Shown here one piece after another: positions 25,131-36,049 of a DNA stretch of 64,000 nucleotides (position 1 is the first letter of the stretch; every line of letters begins with the position of its first letter). A program made the translations under genes and the position numbers. This stretch comes from Vicugna vicugna. Lineage: Eukaryota. The notes beneath the pieces are model-generated. The model was not told the DNA's origin and made no database searches. It saw nothing but the letters and a program-made list of their open reading frames with translations. Where the stretch lies: NCBI GenBank assembly GCA_013265495.1, contig MU058844.1, positions 3,079,520 to 3,143,519 of the forward strand, given 5' to 3'.

Positions 25131-28100
25131 CTGACTTCCGTTAATTACAAAGGGATATTAATTCCGTTCTTTTCGTCATATCATTTTTCTTCAAGGAAGG
25201 GTTAACCATGTTAGGACCAAAAGATTTGACAACCAATTTCCTAGAATCAAGAGAAATTTTAAGTCTTTCTGGCATGTGGGTGGTATAGTCAGTATGTGCA
25301 GGTAAGAGAACACAGTCGCTGGCATGATGTATTAGGGTCTGTCTGATTTGACTGCTTTTGTATAAATGAGAAAACAAATTACTTCATTATGTAAAGACTA
25401 TATCATCACTCTTATTATTGATCTTTGAGATTCCTGAGAGCCAAAGCAATAAAGCAAACATGATGGACTGCATAATTCTTACATCAAGACTTTGAGAAAA
25501 ATAATTTTTCTGATTCCAAACTCTAAAATCAATGTATTATATTAGATTTATGACATAACCAATATTGTCTTAAATGTCAGTTTCACAACAACGGAAAAAA
25601 AAAGTGCTGTTATCGCCTGGCTTTTGAGTCATGAAGGCCTCAATAAAAGCCAATAAGGTGACAGTAAAGCATAATTTAACAATCATAATCACAGTCAATA
25701 TCTGCAAATATTCTACAGGAATCAAATTTTTCACTTAGCTAACGATTACACTCTATGTATAAGATGTAAAAATAACAAGCTATGTCTGTCAAGCCACAAA
25801 GTAATGTAGTCATCCAGCTGTTTTCCACGATGCTTGCAGTTCAAATTGGCTCAGCATTTCTTTGAGTTGTATGACACTGCACCACATTACACAAAGTCTG
25901 TGCACCCAGTCCTCCCTTTGAGCTCAGAAACATTACCAGCTGTCTATGTACCTAAACAAAGCATTCTTTTGTCACCCTACAGCATCTTCCCTTCATAGAG
26001 CTGGCACCTGAACATACAGGTTCAGAACATTATGGCTCTGTGTCCATTGGCTCTTGCCAGCTTCCAGCTCCTCCCTGGGCAGTCACCCCAGAGACAGATG
26101 GGGCTGTAAAGAAAGTGCAAGAGCAAAGCCACCCGACTTAACCTCTTGTGTTGAAAGTGCTTCACCTCCCCCACTTTTAGCAGCCGGTCATGAGCGCACA
26201 CACAAACCATCCTCGTGTATGTTTGTGCTAAAAGCTGCCTTTACCTGAGCATTTGCTTTGTCAACGAGGTCACTTTAACTAACACAATGGAAGGGATAGG
26301 ATGAAGAGATGTGGTTCTTTTCCTCATTAAGACACCATGTAAAGCACAGAATTAGACATGGTCCCTCTTGAGGATACATAATTAGATATTTTATATTCAT
26401 AGTTATCATTACACATTCAGAGAGTCAGCGGCAGCAGCCTTACCTTGGATATACTGAGGCACAGAGAGAAAGCAGACCATAGAAAATTGCTTACCTAGTT
26501 CACAAAGGTACAGAGAAGCATAATGCTTCTAAAGCACTTCGACTGAAGAAACAAAGCATTATCTTCTTACCATGACGTTGTAACAGATGTCCATATGGTC
26601 ACATCTTCTATTAATTGGACTTAGATGTTGTATGCATTTGATGATTGTGATAATGGGTGATATGATTGTAAGATCTCCTCCACAGGGCATTTTGTCCACA
26701 AATAAAATTTATCCTGTAGGAGAAAATGGTTCTCAGCTTGAAATAATTTGATTTTGTCACCGTAGGTTATAAACTGTGCCTTAGGCTTGTGGTGTGCAAA
26801 AATGTCTTTGAGTCAAGTACCTGTCTTAAGAAGTTTCTTTAAAAAAGAAAAAAGAGAATGGAAGCCTCCATTTGTACCACGTGACCTGATTTTATCTGTT
26901 ATCTAGACTGTGTTACCATTTCAGATCCCTTACTGTTGGGCGAATTGAGTTCAAAGGTAGATACAACAAAGCTATCGTTACACTGTGTAAACTGATCTGG
27001 AAAAGAAAATTTAACAGGCAGCATACCTGCCATGACATTGTTCATAGTACTTGTGTTCATTTACTTAGTTCCAGAAATCTTACATAATTCATACTCAGTG
27101 TGAATGTGTGAATATGGTAATTACTCTTTGAGTCCAACAGGGAAGCAAAAGTTTCTTAAGCTTGCTGTCTAAGTCTCAGATTGTGAAACAGATAGAAAGG
27201 TCAAGCTTTTAGTGCTGCATTTTTTTAAAACCTGTCAATAAGAGGGAAAACTTGTAATACCTTGTGACTCTGCAATTTTTCTATTAAATTTTTTATTAAA
27301 ATCTGGAAATTTAAGTTAAAATCTACACTGCTTACAAACTAGTTTCCTTTCAAGAACTACATATGTATGTATACATAGTTCAGCGTTTTCATTTCCATCT
27401 CATAGTTTTGTGAAAGTATCTCTGTTTGAGCATTGAGTATTTAACAGTAGTTGTCCTCTCCAGTGCCACAGCCATTCAGATAAGAGTTTAAGAGATGAAT
27501 TAAGGCCTCCCTTTCAGCGAAGCGGGTACCGATGCAGCCCTGTATATCTCAGTGAACGACTGATGTAAAACCTCCTTGACTCCTTTCCTCGGCCACTTTT
27601 GAAAAGTAGAAGTCAGGCCCTCAGAAAAGGTGACCCGGTCTCCTTGTACTGGAAGCAAAAGACAGATACAGAAACTCACAGAGCTCTCCCTTCCCCCTTC
27701 AAAAACGAGACAAAAGACCAAGTAAATTGATACCATTTACAGCCTCTTCCATTTTCCTCAAAGGGGAAAATACACAGTAACTCAAAATGAGAAAAAGGCA
27801 AATTCCTGTTGTTACTTTCCAACAAAGTAGCACAGTACAGAAGGACTGGGGAAGATCTTTTTGGAAAAATATCTGCATAAATCCAATCAGATTTGTTTCC
27901 AAGAATTGGGCAGATGTGGAAAAATCAAGCTAACACAATAATTAAAAGATACAAGACCTTGAAATATATGTAACTATTTGAGGACAGGTTCTTAGATTTT
28001 TCTAGTAACAGAGTTATATCTTTCCCTAAAGGTTTATTGACCTCAATTAGCTAAGTATTTGGAGAGGAATCCCAAGACTTGATTGGAAAGGAAAGATTAA

Positions 28101-30264
28101 ACATGTGGAGGGAAGAAGGTTCATTTCATTCAAAACCCCTTGACCTGTGTATGGTTTCTTGTGGGGTCTGACTGGTACTGGTCATCATTTACCTCTCACT
28201 GCTTTTCAAAACGTAAACTGTAGTGTCATTCTTAGAAAATGTCTTTATGACTATGGGGTCTCCATCCAGCTTTGCCTCTTAGCTAACTCAGCTTTATTAT
28301 TTACTATGGGTGGGTCCATAACTGGTGAAACACTTCATCCTTTGTAATTTTTTCTTATTCTGATCTTTATCTTCTATACTCAACTTCATTAGAAGTCCAT
28401 TAACCAACGTTGTACTTACATAGATACCCACGGGCCTGGCTAACCGGCTGTTGTTACTGTGTTGCTGCTAAAGGGAGGTTTTAAAATTTATTTAGATTTT
28501 AATCCTGGAAATGAAGATTGTTTCCCTTCTGGAAGGATCAGTCAGTGCAGTCCTTGTGTGTCCTATTTAATGAACGTGAAAGCTCTAGTCGTTGAAAAAT
28601 GAGTAAACTGAGCTTGGACTCCTAGACCACTTACTTAGCCATGCAGACAGACCACTATGATCTGAAAATGTAAGAAAATGATTCAAAAATGACTGACTGA
28701 TATTAATTTTAATTTTCTACAGTAATCCACTATTCGTAGTTTATTTTTAGGTTTTTAATCTTAAACTGTGTCCTGTAGGAATGTTGCACCATTTGGATAG
28801 AAGGCATCAAAGCTATAGTTTTGTCAAATTACTCCATTAATATTAGTCCTACAGTTAAAGACCCAATGGTGAAAAAGGAGATAAACGTCAGGATCTACTG
28901 GTATACTTCTGTTACATTCACCATCAATTATTTCAGTCTTCATTAATTAGTTATATGAGACACAAACATGTGTTCTTCAAGGACCTGGCCCCGTTATAAT
29001 TAGAGGCTTGTGGCTTCATAAGGATCCACTCAGCATCCCATCTAACTCACACGCAGGACAGCTTGTAATAACTCCACTCCTTACTATAATTTCAGAGTAC
29101 TGTTAAACCAGAATCTCATTAATAGAGAAGTAACAACACAATAAAGTTTTCTTGGTGTAAGATAGAACATGTTTGAAATAAAGAGAAATAAAAGAATCGT
29201 GGGAGAAAGTTTGGAGTAGACAAGCATCAAACATGTTATCATTTTTCATGTGCTTTAATAGCTAGGTTATACATTTAGCTGGATGCTAACACAGCTTTAA
29301 ACCTGATGGCAGGTAATTTTTTCCACAACTCTTACTGATAAGCTGAAGTCATTGGTCTTTTCATTCCATATTACATATATGCCATACATAGGTAAATGAG
29401 TTTTTAATTTATCTAAGCAACCTTTGAGTTTTCAAACAACTTTGGACCTTGCTCCAATTACTATTTAGTATTAGAATCATTCCATTGTGAGTGTTATCCA
29501 GTTAATAGAAAAGACAACCAATAGCTTTTAATGTGTGTATGTGGGGGGGGGTGACATTTAAGGAAATAAGACTTGTACAGATACTTCTCAAGTCACTTTG
29601 AAATCTACAGTCCACCCACAACTTGTATTTAGAACCCTGCCACAGGCCAAATCACAATGGTCCAAGGCAACGTCATTAGACATGACATCTTCTTGCACCA
29701 AAGGGAATGAAACCTCACCTGAGAGGCTAAACGATATCAGCTTCCCCGACTTAGGATGCAGCTCCACTAAATTGTCTTCTCCGTTAAGTATGACATACAC
29801 TGAAGGGTAAATTCGATTGGTAGTTTACAGGAGAAAGATCACATAACCAGAACCTTCTCAGAAATTCTCTTCTGGAAGTCAAGATCCCCTTTGATAGTCC
29901 CAGCAACTGATGATTAGCTGAAAGATTAAGATGTTAATAGGTTTTTCCCAGAAGATCAGTAAAAATGGGGTTTATTTTTCCCTTTTTTGTCCAATAAGCC
30001 AAAAGATAAAATAGATCATTTAAAAACTATTAACATTTTAAACTCTTTCACAGAAAAAAAAATTAGAGTCATTCTCAATCTATTTTAAATATTTTTAAGA
30101 TTTAGTACTTATAGAAATACAAATACGCATTGAACAATTCATGTTAAAAATACCTATGTAACCATGTTAAAGAGACACTACATTCTGTCCCCATAGAGAA
30201 AATGAGAAACAATAGCCAAACTTTTTAGCAGAGTTTACGGGTTTCATCTTTGCAATTTCACTTC

Positions 30265-30680
30265 GTACTTTACTCCTCCTCACCCTGGAGAATCCAGCCA
30301 CATTGATCTCTCAGCTCTGCCACCATAGCTTACCTTCCCCCAGCTGTTCCCTCTTCCTGGAATGCTCATCTTTCCTCTCCTCGAATGGCTGGTTGCTTAT
30401 CTCTCAGGACCCAGCTTAAATATCACCTCCTCGGTCAGGCCTTCCCCAGTAATTTATCAAAAGTGGGAACCCTCCTTGTTAGTTCCTATTTCAGCATCTT
30501 GTTTGTGTCTTTCTTAAGACATACCATAATTTGTCATTTTCCTATATATTTGACCTCCATCCTGTTGCATGCTTCCTGGGAAAGGAATCAAAATGTCTTG
30601 TTCTTTACCATATTATAAGTAAAGATCACGCTCCCTGGCTCTTGGTAAATTCTCGATAAAGTTCTGTTCAGTACATTAAT
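30265..30680 (+). mobile_element. L2 3' region
   Basis: gctgttccctcttcctggaatgctc...tctcaggacccagcttaaatatcacctcctc...tctcgataaagttctgtt. Confidence 0.8.
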
Positions 30681-30819
30681 TGATGCCCAAAAAGAGGTCA
30701 TAAAGGAAAATTTTTATATTTCTTTTTATTAGCATGTCATGAAGAAAAAAAAGACTCAAATGCTGAACAGTGGCCTCTTTCACCACCATAAAAATGAAAT
30801 CCTTCCAAAGCAATTCCCT

Positions 30820-31020
30820 CTAAAATTACTTAAAATTTTTCAGGGACTACCTGTCACCAATAAAGTTAAGTTCAAGATACTTAGAATGACAGTTAAGACC
30901 TCCTTGACCAGTCTCTACAGCCTTGCCCGGGGCTGCTCCACCCCCCCACACTTCCTTTCTTCACGCTCTAATGATGGCTGCTGTGCTGAGCGCATGCCAC
31001 GAGTATTTGATGATTTGACT
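30820..31020 (+). mobile_element. L2 fragment
   Basis: cttaaaatttttcagggactacctgtcacc...aagttcaagatacttagaatgac...agacctcc. Confidence 0.55.
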
Positions 31021-31064
31021 GCTAGCAGTTTCCTGCACACACCTGCCTCTTCTGGTGCTGTCAA

Positions 31065-31200
31065 TTGAGACTGGAGAGCTAGTCAGAGACCAGGTCTAGA
31101 AAGATCTCTGTGTGACGTGTTAGAGATTAAAGCGTTTAAAGCAATAGAAAGCTATGGGAGGGCTCTGAGCAGAGAATGACATAGGAAGGGCTGCTCAGAG
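31065..31200 (-). mobile_element. L2 fragment
   Basis: gactggagag...gaccagg...gcaatagaaagctatgggagggctctgagcagagaatgaca. Confidence 0.55.
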
Positions 31201-32699
31201 ACAAGTCTCACGTGCCTCCTGCCAGCCTTGGCATCACTTAGCATGTCTTTATGTGATCAGCTCTAAGGGTGACTTAACTCACCACGAGGGTCAGGGGAGG
31301 AGTCTGGAAAATCCTTCTAGTTGGTAATTTCCACTTGAGTTGCATCTTGTACACTTTCAGTTCTGTCTTTTATGGAGCACACTAGTTTTGAGTAACTTCC
31401 AAAGCCACCCAAGTAAAAATAAATCAAGAATGATTGTGTCTTACACTCCACTGCCCTGCACACCCTTAGGCAGGAAGAAAGACAGCTTGGGGTTCTGTAT
31501 CTTTCCAAGTCATTTGTCTTGGAAATATCTGAGGCACCAGGGAACTTTCAATGATTTTCATTAAGGTATATTTTCCAAAGTAAAATAAACACAGGAACAA
31601 GCAAACAGAAACCTCCCTGTTTGGGTACAAGTTGATCTGAACTTTATATTATCTGTTGAAGTGTTGTATGCTGTTATAGTATTTGCTGACGTTTGTGTTG
31701 GTAGTGATCACACGTATCTGAATAAGAAATACAGAGCAAATTTTATTATCATCATCAAAGAACTCCTCATGAAAAAAGTTTTCCAAGCATCTTTTGATAA
31801 CTTTTTGATAATAAATATGCACTAAATTAATCATGAATTGTTTATTTCCTCTGCAGTAAGGATTATTACTTGGTGTTTGAGCTTCTTTTTTAATAGCTCA
31901 GATATTAAAACTTCTCTGTGACTGAGTGTCAGCTAGAATCAGTTTTACTAATTTGTCAGAATAATCTCAAGCTAATTTGACAACATAAACACGTGTGCAA
32001 AGAAGAAGGTACACTTTTCTTTAGAGATATCAGGCAGCTATGCAATGACTAGGCATTTCCTGTCTTATTTTTGGAAAATAAATTCCTGTAACCTTCATAA
32101 AATCTGAATTAAAAATCAGTGCTTTCCAAAACTTCGTGAAATAATCTACAGGTGCTGACATGCTGATAGCTACTGAACTAAGAAGAACAAAGTTAACGTG
32201 TCAAAACTGGTTGCAATATTCTAACATCTGGGCGTCAAGTTGGTTGCATTATGGGTAAACCTCAGCTTCTCACACTCAGAAGAGGACGAGCATGAGAAAG
32301 AAACAGAGGCAATCAGAAGTTTGCAAGAGCAGGCCAGGCACCATCTGGGCTATGTAGGAGGACTGGTGGGGAAAAAGGAACATGATGGCATGTGCTATAA
32401 AAGTACAGATTGTAAAGAAGGGTAGCACCCTTGTTTTGCAGACAAGTTACAACATTTATGTTGCAAAAGAGCCCTCAGAGATTCGGGAGGAAGAAAACAC
32501 TCTGGTTTCAGGTTAGCTGCATTGCAGTGGGGATCGGGAAGGGAACGTGCATCTGTGATAGCCCAATAGGTGTAAACAAGTGTTCATGGGTGGAAACCTC
32601 TTAACAATTGAGTAAAGATCTTTAGAGGAGGAACCATGTATTAAAATGTCTCCTGCCTTCCCCACAGAAATGCAATGCTGGGCATGGGAGAGTGGCGGA

Positions 32700-32930
32700 A
32701 ACACTGTATTTGAAATGCAGAACATCTGGGTTTAATTACCATCTGTGTTTTTGTGAGAAACTCAGCCTCTCAGCCTAACTCCTCATCTGCTAGAAAAAAA
32801 AAAATCAGGGAGGGGGTGGTTAATACCAGTCCAGCTTGGTTTTGTTTTTTTTTTTAGCATTTTTGTCAGAATTAATAGGTAAATAGATGTGAAGATATTA
32901 TGTAAACTGTAAAAGCTCCAATGCTAGGAG
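32700..32930 (+). mobile_element. MIR (degenerate)
   Basis: cagaacatctgggttta...cctctcagcct...ctcatctg...atgtgaaga...tgtaaactgtaaaag. Confidence 0.6.
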
Positions 32931-33042
32931 GCAATGATTTTATACGTGGAGCAGAAGACAACAAACACTTGTTGATAGACTGGTTTCTTGATTAGGATTT
33001 ATTCATGACTCATCTATGGAAGAATTCCTTTCCATTTATCTC

Positions 33043-33305
33043 AAGAGTTTCTCAAACTCAGCACTACTGGCATTTTGAACCAGCTAATTCCTTGCTGAAA
33101 AGTGCATCTTTGGGGGCGGGGGATGCCTGTGCATTGTAGATTGTTCAGAAATCAAACATCCTACTACCTCTATCCTTTAGATGCCAGTAGCAGTCCCCCC
33201 ACTCCACCCCCCAAGAATAGAGACAACCAGAAACATCTCCAGACATCACCAAATGTCCCCAGGTAGTGGTGGGGGACAAAATTGTCCCCCAGTTGAGAAC
33301 CCCTG
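33043..33305 (-). mobile_element. MER20 (hAT-Charlie)
   Basis: tttctcaaactcagcactactggcatttt...tagatgccagtagca...tctccagacatcaccaaatgtcccc...ttgagaacccctg. Confidence 0.9.
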
Positions 33306-33384
33306 ATTTAACTGAGAGACAAAATCACACTATATTCTGACAAAGCTCTGTGAGTTTTGCATCCCTGACCTGTAAATGATAGCC

Positions 33385-33625
33385 AATAGTAGTTATCTGG
33401 CATTACTCTCTAGAAGGCACTCTGCTAAACTATTTGCCCGGATTAATTGATTCAGTCCTACAATAGTGAAGGTTCAAGTAACCTTCATTTTACAGATGAA
33501 GACATTGAGGGTTAAAGGGTTGAAGCCACTTGCCCAGGTTCAAAGTCAGAATAAAGCAGAGCCTGTGTCTGGATCCGGCTCTGTAGGATTCCAGAGTCTT
33601 CGCTTTTAAGCATTCCTACTGTACT
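33385..33625 (-). mobile_element. MIR
   Basis: cattttacagatgaagacattgagg...acttgcccagg...ggattccagagtc. Confidence 0.75.
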
Positions 33626-35029
33626 TGCTCACGTGAGATAAGATGATCAAAACAGCCCCACTCTCTGTTGAACATAAGACAACACTCGCTGAGGTGAACC
33701 TGACTTGAGACTTCAGAAGGATAAAAGCATACAGCTGTCTAAGGGCTGTGCCTGCCTGCTTGAGTATTACTTACATGAGCTGTGAAATGGCACAGCATTG
33801 AAAAACCAAGAATGCCTGAAGAAAGGCAGCAAGTCCTAACGTATTCACGCATAATCACCGTTTAATTCCATAGAAACCATTTTTTTGTGGGGAAATTGTA
33901 TTCTCTTTGCAAATATTTTTATATTCTTTTAAGTGATATGGAAAGAGATAAAGCTGTCCAAAAGTGGGAAGCAACGTTGGTAAGAATAGGTCAATAAAAG
34001 TACATATTACTTGATAGATATGAGTGCCGAAAGCCTTCCTCTGGGCTCAGTAAGCTCAGGACAAGTGCTGTTATTCGTGAAGCATCTAGGTGGGTATGTT
34101 TTGTCAAGTACTTAACAAGTTAATGCCCAGTGTTTTAATGTCTAGGATCTAGGCTCTTTCAAAATACAGAAGCTGCTCACATTATTCCCAATTCCTGGAC
34201 CCAAAAATGTGGGCAGGGTAAGGTTGAGCAATATGTATTAAGTCACAGAAGCCAAGAGAGGGCAAAGGGAAACTTTAATTACAGAAGGATGTATAATTCA
34301 GGTCATTCTACATGTACTGTCAATCATTAATGCCCATTGAAAGAGTAACCTGGATAGCAAAGGTATTTAGTTTCTTGAAAGATCTGTCCCTCGTGGATGA
34401 TTCCTTCTCAACTGACCACAGACAAGATTGTTAACTGCTCATTTACTACAAGGAAGCGTTTGCATTTCCCTCTGTCTTAGGAGTTGGTTCTGCTCCCCAA
34501 AAGCAACCAGAATTCCTAACGTCTGTAATTTGATATACATATTTATTTCCTCAAGTAATAATCTTGAACCTTAGAAGTATGAAAAGCATTCATTTCTACC
34601 AATAGCAAGAACACACCAGTGACCCCACAGCAGCCAAAAGATCTGGTCCTAATGTGATTCAAGGTTCAGTTTGAGGACATGAAGGCAGAGCATGGTTGGA
34701 ATTTTGTTCTCAGCTCCGCTAGCCAGTATCACACATGTCTGGTCAGTCCACACTGCCACCCTCATACTTGGAGAGACAGGTCCTGGGGAAGTGCCTGGCT
34801 CTGAGATTGCCTCCAGAAGGTGTCTGTGTCAGTTGCATTGTGCCAGTCGCTGCCTTTCATCTGACTCAGCTGAACAGTCAGATGTGGCAGGTACCTGAGT
34901 TCTGAAGGAAATTACTGCGGAAGTCAGATTCTTTGTGTTACAAAGGACAGGAATCCCAACTCAAATTTGTTTAGGCATAACTGGGAAGTTATTATCTTTC
35001 CTAAATGAAAAACTTTAAGCGTGAATCCT

Positions 35030-35350
35030 CCCAAACCATCTGCACAGCACTTTTAAGTTATAAAGAATCTTCACATTTATTGGATTGTTAGATAGGTAGG
35101 TAGGTGGGTACCAGGTAGGTAGGTAGGTACCAGGTAGGTAGGTAGGTACCAGGTAGGTAGGTAGATAGATAGTCAGGTGGATAGATAGATGGACAGTTAA
35201 AGAGGTAGGTAGGACAGATCTTAACTTCATTTTCTAGATGCCATTAAACGATGTGCTCAAGGTCTGTCAGCCTGTAAATGGCATAGCGGATTACTAGTTG
35301 ACCCCGGGTATCGTGAATTCTGAACACTGTGCATTTCCCAGTATAGCACA
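35030..35350 (-). mobile_element. MIR (degenerate) containing a TAGG array
   Basis: acagcacttttaagttataaag...ttcacattt; after the array cattttctagatg...gctcaaggtc...aaatggcatag. Confidence 0.55.
35091..35192 (+). repeat. (TAGG)n/(TAGA)n microsatellite with a 19-bp higher-order unit
   Basis: ccaggtaggtaggtaggta at 35111 and 35130, and near-identical at 35149. Confidence 0.95.
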
Positions 35351-36049
35351 TCTTGAAAGGAAAGTATTAGACAAGATCCTTATCCTCAGGATATTCAATT
35401 AATAGTGAACAGAAAAGAAAGAAACTGACATCCTTGAAAGCACTTTTGTGTGAAGAATTGTTTTATGCTTTATTAGTACCACATTTTCTTTTCATAAGAG
35501 GAATTCTACAGGATTGTTTTGGGGAACTTCTACTACTAGCATGTGCAAAGTAGAAGTGGACACTGTATTTTGTCACAGTCATACTAAATGGACACATGGA
35601 CCAAGGATCATATTATTCTCATCAGTGTATCACTGTCATGTCGTTATTGCCAGAGGCAATCACGAGCACCTAGGCAGTAACTCCTAGCGAGGGCCTGTGT
35701 GCAACTGGAGAGTCTCAAAAGCCAGCACTGCATTTCATTCATCATCATACCCCTCACATTAAGCATAAATTTGGTTGAACTAATGGAGAACAAGTCCTAA
35801 TGGGTAATAAAATCTGAAGAATGAGTAGAGGAAAAATGGAACTCTGGAGACTTTACGAGGACCATGACTGTAGATATTATTCTTTTTGAGAGTGTAATGA
35901 AAATGAATCATTTCTTCAAGTTCCCATTGGTTATAAATGAAGATTACTAATTGATGAAGGACACATACAAGTTACCCTATTGTTGTGAGGCTGTATAAAG
36001 TTTCAACAGAATTAAAATAGAGAGGTACCGCTACTGCCACCTGCACTAT

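Larger units (their letters stand above)
26008..31408 (-). pseudogene. Candidate decayed or unannotated multi-exon gene (chain of short exon-like segments); product unknown
   Basis: Minus-strand segments bounded by polypyrimidine-AG and GTRAG: 29799-29719 (81 nt), 28661-28635 (27), 28467-28420 (48), 26996-26934 (63), 26713-26571 (143), 26453-26444 (10). Weaker: 31408-31283, 27648-27500, 26103-26008. No homology recognised; inference only. Confidence 0.3.

Noticed and set aside
25141..25357. Protein-looking minus ORF (…QIRQTLIHHASDCVLLPAHTDY…)
   Set aside because: Only a weak AAG acceptor, no donor and no recognisable homology; cannot be distinguished from chance.
27734..27872. Minus-strand exon-like segment (139 nt, or 57 nt with another donor)
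   Set aside because: Weak polypyrimidine tract and weak donors; fitting it to the chain needs cherry-picking.
31613..31717. 105-nt minus-strand exon-like segment
   Set aside because: Good acceptor but poor donor (gtttct) and stops in the frames examined; left out of the chain, though it could be a more decayed exon.
35091..35192. Regularly spaced repeats that might suggest a CRISPR-like array
   Set aside because: No unique spacers; a eukaryotic simple tandem repeat.
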